Shown: in pieces, positions 1-9,670 of the stretch | How the letters are laid out: the number at the start of each line of letters is the position of its first letter | Numbering within the stretch: the first letter of the stretch is position 1 | Assembly (NCBI RefSeq): GCF_900478135.1 | Contig: NZ_LS483470.1 | Location: 1,376,071 to 1,408,070, forward strand | DNA length: 32,000 bases | Reading direction: 5' to 3' | Origin: Leminorella richardii | Lineage (GTDB): Bacteria > Pseudomonadota > Gammaproteobacteria > Enterobacterales > Enterobacteriaceae | Program-made: the position numbers and the translations under genes | Notes under the pieces: model-generated | What the model saw: only the letters and a program-made list of their open reading frames with translations | What the model was told of the DNA's origin: nothing | Database searches by the model: none

Positions 1-33
1 TATCACCCGTATTTGTGACCAGTAAGAGGACCC

Positions 34-351
34 ATGATGGAAAACGCCAAGCCTTCTTTCCAAAACGTGTTGGAATACGTACGCCTTTCTCGCCGTAAAA
101 ATAAGCTCAAGCGCGAAATCGTGGATAACGAGAAAAAAATTCGCGATAACCAAAAGCGCGTTCTGCTGTTAGAAAACCTTGCTGACTACATCAAGCCCGG
201 CATGAGTATTGAAGACATTCAGGCTATCATCGCCAACATGAAGAGCGACTATGAAGAGCGCGTTGATGAATACATCATTAAAAATGCCGAGCTGTCTAAA
301 GAAAGGCGCGACCTGTCGCAAAAGATGAAGGGCATGTCTGAGGTTAAATAA
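34..351 (+). CDS. yeeX: YeeX-family protein (UPF0265/DUF496)
   Basis: 105-aa ORF. It is collinear with E. coli YeeX as I remember it ([45 protein letters not shown]...[14 protein letters not shown]). AAGAGGA Shine-Dalgarno at 23-29. Hairpin plus T-run terminator follows. Confidence 0.9.
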   Translation: MMENAKPSFQNVLEYVRLSRRKNKLKREIVDNEKKIRDNQKRVLLLENLADYIKPGMSIEDIQAIIANMKSDYEERVDEYIIKNAELSKERRDLSQKMKGMSEVK

Positions 352-369
352 CCTGACAGGTTCGACAGT

Positions 370-410
370 AAAAAATCCGCACCGTAATGGCTACGGGCGG
401 ATTTTTTTTG
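370..410. terminator. Bidirectional rho-independent terminator between convergent yeeX and the PTS gene
   Basis: Hairpin atccgc(a)ccgta / tacgggcggat at about 375-402. It is flanked by an A-run on the left and T8 (402-409) on the right. Confidence 0.75.
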
Positions 411-434
411 ACTTAAAAGTGGCGATATTCGGGG

Positions 435-1894
435 TTAATGGGTTCGAATATAGTCATCCATATCGCTTTTCAAGTTGTCCGACTTGGTGCCGAAAACAGC
501 CTGTACACCGGAACCCGCAATAACTACACCAGCGGCTCCGAGCTTTTTTAATCCTTCTTTATCTACCTTATCTATGCTGGTAACGCCGATGCGTAGGCGG
601 GTGATACAGGCATCCAGACTGGTGATGTTGTCTTTACCGCCAAACGCATTGACCAGCGCTGCTGCCATGTCTGAGCTCGTGGTCGCTGTGCTTTTCTCCA
701 CGGTCTCTTCTTCTCGGCCCGGCGTTTTCAGGTTTAGCTTAACGATGGCGAAGCGGAAAACCGCATAGTAGAACAGTGCATACAGCGGCCCTAAAATGAA
801 GAACATCCAGCCTTTGGTTGAAAGGTGATAGAACAGAATAAAGTCGATAGCGCCGTGAGAGAACGTCATGCCGTGTTTAACGCCGAGCAGAATGGTAATG
901 ACATAGGCCAATCCGGCAAGCAGGGCGTGAATAGCGTAAAGAACAGGTGCGACAAAGAGAAAGGCAAACTCAATGGGTTCAGTAATGCCTGTCAGGAATG
1001 ACGTTAGAGCAGCGGAAATCATGATCCCGCCTATCTTAGCGCGGTTTTCTGGACGTGCAGTGTGCCACATGGCGACGGCAGCCGCGGGAAGTCCCCACAT
1101 TTTAAACAGATAGCCCCCCGCCATATTGCCCGCAGTAGGATCTCCCTGCAGGTAGCGCTGTATTTCGCCAGTGATCCAGCGGCCTCCGTCAGCGTTGCAG
1201 GCGGCTTCGGTGGCAAATCCAGGGACGACTTTCCCATTAATCACGCAGGCCTGACCCGCTTCGTAAAAGAAGGGGACGTTCCAGATATGGTGCAGACCAA
1301 AGGGGATCAGTGAGCGCTCAACAACGCCGTAAATCCCGAAGGCCAGCGCGGGGTTCTGATAGGCAGCCCACTGGGAGAATGCGTTAATGGCATGGCCAAC
1401 TGGCGGCCAGATAAAGGAAAGCGCTATGCCCAGCGCGATACAGATAAAGCCAGTGATAATCGGTACAAAGCGCTTACCGGCAAAGAAGCCAAGGTAGTCG
1501 GGAAGCTGGATGCGATAAAAGCGGTTAAACAGATAGCCCGCCAGCCCGCCCACCAAAATTCCCCTAGAACGCCGGTATCTATCTTGCCAACGCCTAGTGT
1601 TTCTGCCATTACTTTCAACGTCGCTGCCATGATGCCATAGCCAACAATGGCGGCTAGTCCAGCCACGCCGTCATTATTGGTGAAGCCGAGTGCGACGCCA
1701 ACGGCAAACAGCAGAGGCATTTGATCAAAAATAGAGCCGCCTGCCTGTGCCATGACTTTAGATACAATAGCCGGTAGCCAGCTAAATTCGGCGCTACCGA
1801 CCCCTAAAAGAATACCCGCAATGGGTAAAACGGACACCGGAAGCATCAGCGCTTTACCCACTTTTTGTAGACTCGCGAAGAGATTTTTAAACAT
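435..1894 (-). pseudogene. PTS glucose-family EIICB component (PtsG-like), split by a 1-nt frameshift
   Basis: Two overlapping minus-strand ORFs. 1424-1912 encodes the N-terminus ([34 protein letters not shown]..., ATG at 1894). 435-1556 encodes the rest of EIIC plus EIIB, including the CITRLR phospho-cysteine motif. Both align in order to E. coli PtsG from memory. The frames join if one G is added to the GGGG run (plus-strand cccc, 1561-1564), which restores ...[24 protein letters not shown]... Confidence 0.8.
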
Positions 1895-2801
1895 AAATAA
1901 GCCCTTAACCAAGTATGTCGCTGAATAACCGACAAATAATATGCATCTGCCGAACGTTGAGGTATCGGTTAATAAATGTGTTATAAAGTGATGACGATCA
2001 CGGCATCAAAGTGAAGGACAAATTATAAATAGAAGATCTGCTTTTTATTTTTCCTGTCTTTACAATATCCTTATATAGGGATAATTATTTTAAATAAGTA
2101 TAGTTACCTTTTTTATCATTGCTTAAGAAGCGCTTTAAATTTTTAAATATTAGCTTTATTTATTTTTAATTGATTAAAATCAATCAGTTAATTTTATTCT
2201 CTGAATGATATTTCGAAGAGTGGAAAATGATTTTTCGATTCTTTTTTCATTAAGAATGAGGGAAGTGATTGTTTATTTTACTATCTCTATTTTTTACGCT
2301 TTTAGCAGATAAAGTGTATTGACAAACGCAAATAAAAGACTAAATTTATAAATAACGCAGGCGAGGTTAGCCGAGTGGCTAAATAAAGATGTTTGCGTTG
2401 TTAATGCGCGATAAGGGCCTTGTAGTTAACCTATGTTAATTGTGAAAGAGGATGCGGACGCAGATACGCGTAGGTATATGTAAGTAGGTGTAGGTAGGTA
2501 TTGAAAAGCCGCATCGGAAGTCGGGTCATGTAGTGAGAGTATCATCGCGCTGGGAACGAAAGGGGATACACGGTCAGCCAAACGTAGGCCGCTGTATCAG
2601 GTGATGTTGTGAGTTGGCTTAACATACAGATATGCCGCTCGACCTGTTTAGATGTGAAGAAAAAAGCGTTTTGGTTAATAAATCGGAGGGTTTTTTACTA
2701 CGACAGCTTGATTTCTCGCTTATAAAACAAGTGCATCAAACTGCTACTGTTTTAGTCTATTAACTTAATTCATGTTTAATTTATTATCGGTTCGACCTTA
2801 A

Positions 2802-2828
2802 AGCCCTGGCGCAATGTCAGGGCTTTTT
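2802..2828. terminator. Intrinsic terminator hairpin downstream of the MFS gene
   Basis: Stem agccctg (2802-2808) / cagggct (2818-2824). T5 follows on the plus strand; only TTT follows on the minus strand. The stronger U-tract therefore faces a plus-strand transcript. Confidence 0.5.
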
Positions 2829-2847
2829 GGTTTCTGGATGTCTGTCT

Positions 2848-4095
2848 CTATTGGACTGCTTTCATCTTGGCAATTCTCTTCACCAGCAGGACGGAAACGA
2901 CACCGCCGCAGCCAGCAAAACATGCCATGATAGCAAAGACGATCTTGTAGCCCATGATGCCAGGGTTGAGATCTAATATATAACCATAGAGGCTGAAGCA
3001 GAACATGGCAGGGGCATAGCCGATAAAGCTGCCTAAGGCCATTGCGGCCCCGGTTTGCTTTTCAGAAATTTTTGCTTCCCCAATGGGGGCGAAAAAGACG
3101 GCTCTCTGAGTGAAGACGATTGCGCCGAATCCCAGCGTGCACATCATACCTAGATAGACCGGCATGCTCTCATGAGGAAGAAGAATCAGTACAACAAGCG
3201 CAATGGTGCTGATCATAAAGGTGTAGCACAGATATTTGCTGGGCGACTTGAGAATTTTATCCGAAATGAGTCCGCCTATGGGGCCTCCAACCATTTTCAG
3301 ACAGTACTGATTGATGATGCCGTAAGCGCCAACCAGCGCAATGGGCAGCATATAGATATTTTTTAAGAAGGGAATAAAGAAGGTCAACCCACAGTAGACG
3401 GCATAGACAAAGAAGACGTTGAAGGCGATAAGCCAGACGGTTTTGTCTTTAAGCACCGAGGTCATTTTGCTGTCTTTTGCCGACTCGCTGCTTTTCTCAC
3501 TGGGCGTATTTTCACCGTCACTGTCTTTAAGAACAAAAAAGATGATGATACCAACCGTGATAACAATACCGGAGTAGAACCAGATCCCTGCTCTGAATCC
3601 CATCAGCTCGCTGCCGAAATAGGTGAATACTGCCAGAGCGGAAAAGGCAACGATGGTATCAACAATGCCGCGACCCGTTTCAAAAAAGCCAAAGAGGCGC
3701 CCCTGCTGTTCGCTGTTGCCTAAACGGCTGACGGATTTAAGTAGGACAGGCCAGTTCAGCATATCGCAGGTGACGCCAAAGAGCGCCCAGACAAACAGGA
3801 TGCCCCAATAGCCCGGCATCGTGGACAAATAAATACCCAGTAGCCCCGTTGCGATGAGAGAGAAAGCCATGGTGTACCGACGCGGTAGTCGGTCAGCAAA
3901 GTAAATAGAGAGAAAAAAACCGATGGTCGTTACGACAGAATTGACGGACATGGCATTGCCAATTTGTCCGTTGGTTAAATGAAAATATTCCTGCATGGGA
4001 ATATAAAAAGCGTCTTTAAGCGACGGCAGCTTATAAATTGTCGCGCCACAAAGAGTCAGTAGGCTAAATATAGCCCATTTCTTTTTCGTTAACAT
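2848..4095 (-). CDS. MFS transporter, substrate unknown
   Basis: 415 aa with about 12 hydrophobic segments and a central hydrophilic loop (DSDGENTPSEKSSESAKDSK). Last gene of a co-directional three-gene cluster. Confidence 0.85.
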   Translation of the reverse strand: MLTKKKWAIFSLLTLCGATIYKLPSLKDAFYIPMQEYFHLTNGQIGNAMSVNSVVTTIGFFLSIYFADRLPRRYTMAFSLIATGLLGIYLSTMPGYWGILFVWALFGVTCDMLNWPVLLKSVSRLGNSEQQGRLFGFFETGRGIVDTIVAFSALAVFTYFGSELMGFRAGIWFYSGIVITVGIIIFFVLKDSDGENTPSEKSSESAKDSKMTSVLKDKTVWLIAFNVFFVYAVYCGLTFFIPFLKNIYMLPIALVGAYGIINQYCLKMVGGPIGGLISDKILKSPSKYLCYTFMISTIALVVLILLPHESMPVYLGMMCTLGFGAIVFTQRAVFFAPIGEAKISEKQTGAAMALGSFIGYAPAMFCFSLYGYILDLNPGIMGYKIVFAIMACFAGCGGVVSVLLVKRIAKMKAVQ

Positions 4096-4234
4096 GATAA
4101 TACCCTTACTGTATTGTCATCATAGTGTGTTAGCTGTTTTTTAGGTAAGAAAGCACATCCATTTAAAAGAAAATAGAGGGGGTAGGGCCGTTTATTCGGC
4201 CATGCTTTCTTTTTAATATCGCTGTTAATTAATT

Positions 4235-5212
4235 CTAAATAGAACCTAATGCTTCAGTTTTGATTTCATTTAATACGCGGCGAACAAATCTCAGCTGATT
4301 TAACGCATCTTCTTTTTCTTGTATTAGACGTGCTTCTAAATGTTTAGCTTCAGGTAAAGGCGTTTCACTCATTTGTCGCCATGGGATCCATGGATTCTCA
4401 CCTTCGTTGTCAAAGCGGAAAGGAGGAGCATAATAGTCAACTTCTTCCTCAAGCCCATATGAAATAACCTGTGGTTGCTCCTCGCCAAGGCAAATGAGGC
4501 GGGTTAGCATTTCTTTAAACGGCATATCTCCCTGACCAGATGCGCAGGCTCTATGACCAAAGCCTGCACTTTCCTTAACGATTTGAGCATCTTTGATATG
4601 CACTTGCGTAATTAGCGGGGAAAGCGTTTCCAGAGCCTCTAGAGGCTTTTCATTGGCGTTAATCATATTGGCGAAGTCAAACAGGATGGACAGGTTAGGC
4701 ATACCGCTTTGCTGTACGAGCGTCATCAGTTCGGCGCTTGTTAGGTCTTCATGCTGTTCAATCACAAAAGTTAAGCCACAGGCGGCGTAGCTATCTCGCA
4801 GGTAGCGTATGTCTTCAGTGACATAGGCCATAACGTCCTGAAGATGGCCTTCATAGCGAGGGTAGAACCGCACGGATGATGACCCGGTTTTTAAGGCAAT
4901 GTCTACTGCCAGATCGATGTCTTTCTTATCAGAAGAGCTGGTTTCAATATTGACGTCAAGATTCAGGCGATGCGCCTTGTCTTTAAACGCTGCCAGCTCG
5001 ATATCACTCATGTTTTGCAGCGCCCGACTTTCGCCGTCAAGGACGTGGATTTTTACACCACTCAGCTTTTGTTGATGGGCAATATCCAGAAGATCGTTAG
5101 GCAATATCCTCTCAACACGCATATTCAAGTGATATGCATAGGCGTGTAGATAAAGAGGAAGTTTATCTATCCGAGAAAGTATTTTAGAGGCGTTGTGTTT
5201 TTTTATTGTCAT
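4235..5212 (-). CDS. Sugar phosphate isomerase/epimerase (xylose-isomerase-like TIM barrel, AP_endonuc_2 fold)
   Basis: 325 aa. Strand-end motifs typical of the family: VKIHV, IETS, VIEQHED, FDFANM, VHIKD. 11-nt gap to the upstream GntR gene. Confidence 0.7.
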   Translation of the reverse strand: MTIKKHNASKILSRIDKLPLYLHAYAYHLNMRVERILPNDLLDIAHQQKLSGVKIHVLDGESRALQNMSDIELAAFKDKAHRLNLDVNIETSSSDKKDIDLAVDIALKTGSSSVRFYPRYEGHLQDVMAYVTEDIRYLRDSYAACGLTFVIEQHEDLTSAELMTLVQQSGMPNLSILFDFANMINANEKPLEALETLSPLITQVHIKDAQIVKESAGFGHRACASGQGDMPFKEMLTRLICLGEEQPQVISYGLEEEVDYYAPPFRFDNEGENPWIPWRQMSETPLPEAKHLEARLIQEKEDALNQLRFVRRVLNEIKTEALGSI

Positions 5213-5223
5213 GAGCCTATAGC

Positions 5224-5934
5224 CTATAGGTTAATAAATAAGTCGACGGACTCGAAGCGCCAATATTCGATATCTATTTGAACGATATTTCCATCGCTGT
5301 CTGCCCGGTGTTTTTCTATGAGAATAGCGGGTGTTCCGTAAGAGCCTCCTATAAATTTACAGATATCGTTGGACATTCTGATTGGCCTAAAAGCCAATTT
5401 TTTAATAACGACGCTTTTTCCGTATTCCTTTTCCCACACGGATGAAAAAGAATGACTTTCAAGTTTCTCTATGAATCCAGGGGCAACGTTAGGATTGATA
5501 AAGGTCTCGTGATAAAAAACTTTATGCCCGTCCAGCGCTCCCCAGCCGGTAATGCGATAAAGCTCACTGGATTTTGTACCATTAAAAAGCGGTAAGGCCG
5601 CTTCAGGGATCCCCGTAACACGGCTTTTTTCAAGGAATCCCCAAGAGGGTTCACGGCCTTGTTCCTGTGCCGCACGCTGAAAACTGGCGGACAGCTCAGG
5701 GTTGTAGTTAAAGCGGGGCTGAGTTACAAACCATCCTTTACGGTCTTTGCGAAAGATTTTGGATTCTGACTCTAGGTTTAATAAAGCCTGACGCAGCGTC
5801 ATGCGCTTAATGCCAAGCAATTCCCCTAGCTCCCTTTCTGAAGGGAGCTTGCTGCCCGGAGTGACAATTCCTTCTTTTAACCATCGGTCAATTTTGTCTT
5901 TTGCATTTTCAACGGTTGACGGATTTTTATTCAT
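5224..5934 (-). CDS. GntR/HutC-family transcriptional regulator (wHTH plus UTRA-like effector domain)
   Basis: 236 aa. N-terminal GntR wHTH (LPSERELGELLGIKRMTLRQALLNLESESKIFRKDRKGWFV). The C-terminal roughly 150 aa are UTRA-sized. Confidence 0.85.
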   Translation of the reverse strand: MNKNPSTVENAKDKIDRWLKEGIVTPGSKLPSERELGELLGIKRMTLRQALLNLESESKIFRKDRKGWFVTQPRFNYNPELSASFQRAAQEQGREPSWGFLEKSRVTGIPEAALPLFNGTKSSELYRITGWGALDGHKVFYHETFINPNVAPGFIEKLESHSFSSVWEKEYGKSVVIKKLAFRPIRMSNDICKFIGGSYGTPAILIEKHRADSDGNIVQIDIEYWRFESVDLFINL

Positions 5935-6250
5935 GTATTAACCCAATTGGTTTAAACCAGATGGTGTGATAATACTCTTGAAAAGAAAAAGAAGGCAATG
6001 GCCTCGCTCATTTATAGGAATAAATGTGATAGATGTCTCAAATGGTGATTTGACTACACCGTGCCCTATGGAGTCTGGCTCCCCCTATTTTGAATAAATG
6101 ACTTTGATGGGGGAGAGTAGGGAGGTTAAATAACGCCTTGGTTTTTTTATTTGGCTATTCAGGCTTGACTCTAGCACATAGGACAAGCCTGAATCGGTCA
6201 GCAGAAAAAGGTATTAGCGGTTTTGTTAGGTCACGATTTGTAAACAGGCG

Positions 6251-6988
6251 CTATATCTCTGTCCTCATCAGCACGAAAAGGCATTCTCCTTTTGTATCGG
6301 AACGCAGCTGTAGCTGTTCTTCTCCGGAAATGCGGGCATGGGCTCCCGTTTCCATTTGGCTGCCGTTACATACAATATTCCCTTCTATCACATAGAGTAA
6401 TGCCTTATGCCCTTCAGGAACGGAAAACGCCAATTCAGAAGGGCCAACCGTGACCCGATAAAGCGTTGCTGCGGCGTTAAACGAAATGGCAGGGTAGCCC
6501 GGGATGGATTGCCGCACTGGCTGGTCTGAGACGATAGGGTAGAAAGCGCCATTCCACAGCTGTGGATCGTACTCTTTAACATCATGCTCTGGATGTTGGT
6601 TCTGCGCTTTTGGAAGCAGCCACACGCCAATGTAGCGGGCCGGTAGCTTTGTTTTATTGTGATTAGAACGAGCATAGCCAGAACCCGCTGTGATCCGCTG
6701 TACGGATCCCTTTTTGAGCACCAGAGTATTCTTCAGGCTGTCTTGATGAGTTAGCTCTCCCTCAATAATAAAGAAAACCTGTTCCAGATTTTGATGCGGG
6801 TGCATGTCATAGCCAAAACCCGGGAGGATTGTATAGTCATTTATTAACAGGATATTGCCAAAATTTTTCCCCAAGTCCTGATTTTTATTGCCAAGGTCGT
6901 GGGTAGAGTTAGCGGGAAAAAGGCAATATACCTGACTCCAACCGTGGTTGGCATAGTAGCGCTTTTGGGCTTCAATAATCGAGATCAT
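6251..6988 (-). CDS. Pirin-family bicupin protein (YhhW/YhaK-like; possible quercetin 2,3-dioxygenase)
   Basis: 245 aa. N-terminal HGW...F motif and a cupin metal-binding motif (HPHQNLEQVFFIIEGELTHQDS), matching the pirin HPHrGfE....l.G...H.DS pattern. Confidence 0.75.
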   Translation of the reverse strand: MISIIEAQKRYYANHGWSQVYCLFPANSTHDLGNKNQDLGKNFGNILLINDYTILPGFGYDMHPHQNLEQVFFIIEGELTHQDSLKNTLVLKKGSVQRITAGSGYARSNHNKTKLPARYIGVWLLPKAQNQHPEHDVKEYDPQLWNGAFYPIVSDQPVRQSIPGYPAISFNAAATLYRVTVGPSELAFSVPEGHKALLYVIEGNIVCNGSQMETGAHARISGEEQLQLRSDTKGECLFVLMRTEI

Positions 6989-7015
6989 AGTATCTCCTTT
7001 ACAATCTGAGGGTAG

Positions 7016-7762
7016 CTAACTTTCTGTATTTTTTGCAATATCTTGTAAATTCCTACCTTCATACGATCGCCATACACCGGAAATTGAACCAACCAGAGGC
7101 ACGAAAAGGGTATGGTTCATGTCAAGAACAACGGGTTCATATTCGGGATTATCGGCAACGCAAATAAGCATGTTGTCTTTGACGTAGCAGCGTTTCAGCG
7201 AGAGACCGACTTCATCTGCGACACTCATGCGAACGGCAAAAAGCTCTTTAAACGGCACCGTTTGTAGAAAAGTGTGGGAGACAAATGACGGCTGAATGAA
7301 GACGATATCGCCCACAAGAAGCTCGTTCGACATGCTGTCATCTTCTATCTGTAGTGCATATGGTCGTTTGAATGTTACGGCGTCAGCACTGTCATTTTGT
7401 GCTTTAAGCCATCCTCGAGGACTTGGCGGCATTCCTTCACTGGTCACTCTTGGTAAAGAGGTATATAGGGGTATCCAACTGCCGTCGTTTCCCGCAGGAG
7501 GGTGCTCTCCAGTAATAAATTCCGGCTTGCCGTTTCGTAGTCCAGGGGTATGCAAAGGAGAGGGCATTTCACATCCCAATAGATAGTCAATAGAGACGTT
7601 AAGGCTCTGCGCTATCTTGATCAGAATGTCATAACCCGGTTCACTTCTTCCTTTTATATAGTTGTTCAGCCTAGCGCGGGTGATCCCCGTTTCATCAGCA
7701 AACCTGCTTTGGGATAAGTTCCGTTCTTTGATCAGTTCTTTAAGTCGTTCACTAAAAGACAC
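7016..7762 (-). CDS. XRE-family HTH repressor with C-terminal S24 (LexA/CI-like) peptidase domain
   Basis: 248 aa. N-terminal HTH (LSQSRFADETGITRARLNNYIKGRSEP...IAQSLNVSIDYLLG). C-terminal DDSM serine motif and LKRC lysine motif with the spacing seen in LexA/CI. A-G dipeptide in the linker (PPAGNDG). Confidence 0.8.
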   Translation of the reverse strand: MSFSERLKELIKERNLSQSRFADETGITRARLNNYIKGRSEPGYDILIKIAQSLNVSIDYLLGCEMPSPLHTPGLRNGKPEFITGEHPPAGNDGSWIPLYTSLPRVTSEGMPPSPRGWLKAQNDSADAVTFKRPYALQIEDDSMSNELLVGDIVFIQPSFVSHTFLQTVPFKELFAVRMSVADEVGLSLKRCYVKDNMLICVADNPEYEPVVLDMNHTLFVPLVGSISGVWRSYEGRNLQDIAKNTES

Positions 7763-8001
7763 GTGTACTCCGTTTTTGCAATTCCCGGCGATCCGAGTGG
7801 GGTTGAGCGGTATTGTATTGCTATAAGCCCAGAATCATGAGTTCTCTTGCGTTAAAAATACACTATAACTCTCTTTTTTGTCAAAGATATGTGTACAAAA
7901 CGTTTTTATTCTCTCGCTTTTTTTATGCTTATGGTCACTTATTTGCCATTTTTTATGTCCATATTTCTTTTTTATAATGCTGATCACATTTTTTACCCAT
8001 A

Positions 8002-8022
8002 AAGTACATATTATTTGTACTT
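8002..8022. promoter_or_regulatory. Candidate operator in the divergent XRE-S24 / dcu intergenic region
   Basis: Perfect 7-bp inverted repeat aagtaca-N7-tgtactt. A further TGTACA lies at about 7892. Confidence 0.3.
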
Positions 8023-8110
8023 AAATTGTATTTTGTTGCGATTTTATTTACTAATGGTTCGGTAAGTATAGGATATGACCCAATACCAACAATAACCTAC
8101 AGAGGTAGAT

Positions 8111-9430
8111 ATGGTCTCATTTTGGTTACAGCTAGCGATAGTTCTTGCATGTATCGTGATTGGAGCACGTATTAGCGGAGTCGGCATCGGCATTGCCGGA
8201 GGGTTCGGGCTAGCCTGTCTGACGTTTCTTTTTCACCTTAAGCCGAGTTCACCGCCGATCAATGTTTTGCTTATTATCGCGGCGCTGGTGACGATAGTCA
8301 GTACGCTACAGGCCGCAGGCGGGCTGGATTATTTAGTCAGTATTGCTGAGAGACTGCTTCGAAGGAATCCGAATCGTATTACCATCATCGGACCTCTCGT
8401 GGCCTATCTGTTCACTATTCTGGCTGGAACGGCCTACGTTTCTCTTTCCCTATATCCAGTTATCGCTGAGGTTGCCCTTGAGGCTAAGGTTCGACCGGAG
8501 CGCCCAATTTCTGCCGCACTGATCGCCGCCAAGTTCGGTATTACCAGTAGCCCAATGAGTGCAGCTACGGCAGCGATGCTGGCAATCCTTGCGCCAAGCG
8601 GCGTGAGTATTACCCAAATTCTGCTGGTGTGTATTCCCTCTGGCATTATCGCCACGCTTGCTGCCTCTTTTGTGGTGTATAAGAGAGGGCTTGAGCTGGC
8701 TGACGACCCTGAATTCCAGCGTCGAATTGCCTCTGGGGAAATAGAATCCGCCGTTCGAAAAGAGAAAAGTGAAGTGAGCCGTTCGGCCAAAATCTCGGTA
8801 TGGCTGTTCAGTATAGCGATTCTTCTGGTCGTGATTTTTGGCTCGTTCAGCTCTTTGCTGCCGACCTGGCAGGTGGGTGAGAAGATAGTTAGGCTAAGCG
8901 TTCCCCATACGATCGAAATGCTGATGCTGGGTACGTCGCTGCTTATCGTATTAGCCTGTCGCGTTAAATCGTCGAAAATCGCCACAGCCTCTACGTTTCG
9001 TGCAGGAATGGTCGGCTTCATGGCTATCTTTGGCGTCGCATGGATGACTGACACATTCTTTATTCAACATAAAAGCCTTTTTATTGAAACATTCGCTGAC
9101 GTAGTGAAGGCATATCCTTGGCTGTTCGCTGTTGCACTCTTCATGATGGCAGCCATGCTGTTTAGCCAGGGTGCCGCCGTCGTGGCGCTGATGCCTTTGG
9201 GGCTGTCGCTAGACATTCCCGCTCCCTATCTTGTTGCAATGTTTGCCGCTGTAAACGGCACGTTTTTCTTCCCCGCAACGGGAACAACGGTGGGGGCCAT
9301 GTCCTTTGACCGTACCGGAACTACAAAAATCGGCAAGTACGTCCTCAATCACAGCTTTATGTTGCCCGGCCTCGCCGCTACGGTGACGGCAATCGCTATG
9401 GGCTTTGTCCTTAGCTACTTTGTTTTTTAA
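8111..9430 (+). CDS. Anaerobic C4-dicarboxylate transporter, DcuA/DcuB family
   Basis: 439-aa polytopic membrane protein. It is collinear with E. coli DcuA from memory (GARLGG-like N-terminus, AGGLDYLV..AE.LLRRNP..IT...P.V.Y, VIAEVA, RP.S motifs). As with E. coli aspA-dcuA, it is linked to aspartase-like genes. Confidence 0.9.
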   Translation: MVSFWLQLAIVLACIVIGARISGVGIGIAGGFGLACLTFLFHLKPSSPPINVLLIIAALVTIVSTLQAAGGLDYLVSIAERLLRRNPNRITIIGPLVAYLFTILAGTAYVSLSLYPVIAEVALEAKVRPERPISAALIAAKFGITSSPMSAATAAMLAILAPSGVSITQILLVCIPSGIIATLAASFVVYKRGLELADDPEFQRRIASGEIESAVRKEKSEVSRSAKISVWLFSIAILLVVIFGSFSSLLPTWQVGEKIVRLSVPHTIEMLMLGTSLLIVLACRVKSSKIATASTFRAGMVGFMAIFGVAWMTDTFFIQHKSLFIETFADVVKAYPWLFAVALFMMAAMLFSQGAAVVALMPLGLSLDIPAPYLVAMFAAVNGTFFFPATGTTVGAMSFDRTGTTKIGKYVLNHSFMLPGLAATVTAIAMGFVLSYFVF

Positions 9431-9670
9431 CGGTATGAGTTTTTTAAACGGTGCTTGCTAACGGCGCTCTTTAACAGCGCATTTCAACAGCGCATTTCAA
9501 CAGCGGTTTTTTAACGGTGAATCTTTAAACGTGAGCGACGAGCAAGACGCGCGCTGCGGTAGCGGCTGCGCAAAAAACGGCAATGACAAGATGATTTAAA
9601 CGTACGACACGGCTGTACGCCCTGATGTTAGAGGGGATCAGCAATGACCCAATTTTACAGGAGAACAACG

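Noticed and set aside
2227-2253. Mini-ORF MIFRFFFH, resembling a Phe attenuator leader peptide (pheM/pheL style)
   Set aside because: It lies in a very T-rich tract where Phe codons arise by chance. It has a weak SD, no downstream Phe biosynthesis or tRNA-synthetase gene on that strand, and no terminator/antiterminator pair nearby.
2355-2390. ggcgaggttagccgagtggctaaa resembles the 5' part of a class II tRNA (GCCGAGTGG D-loop-like)
   Set aside because: The local pairing is a 6-bp stem with a 4-nt loop, not a D-arm. No anticodon arm, T-arm (GGTTCGAATCC-like) or acceptor complement follows.
6157-6194. Perfect 11-bp inverted repeat attcaggcttg-N16-caagcctgaat downstream of the pirin gene, considered as a terminator
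   Set aside because: No U-tract follows on the relevant (minus) strand; an A-run follows instead. It is left as an unexplained hairpin and not called.
8434-9054. Long antisense ORFs inside confident genes, for example 206 aa opposite the dcu gene. Others are 475-768, 1062-1313, 10247-10672, 11104-11532, 11809-12162, 12764-12991, 22229-22624 and 22494-22781.
   Set aside because: They are shadow ORFs on the opposite strand of genes with clear family signatures. They have no motifs, no SD sequences and biased composition.
9473-9498. Tandem 13-bp repeat considered as a possible CRISPR or minisatellite
   Set aside because: There are only about 2.6 units, no spacers, and no cas genes in the window.
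9644-9670. Upstream ATG start (9644) for aspartase-like paralog 1
   Set aside because: It adds MTQFYRRTT with no SD. The ATG at 9671 has an AGGAG at optimal spacing and matches the usual AspA N-terminus.
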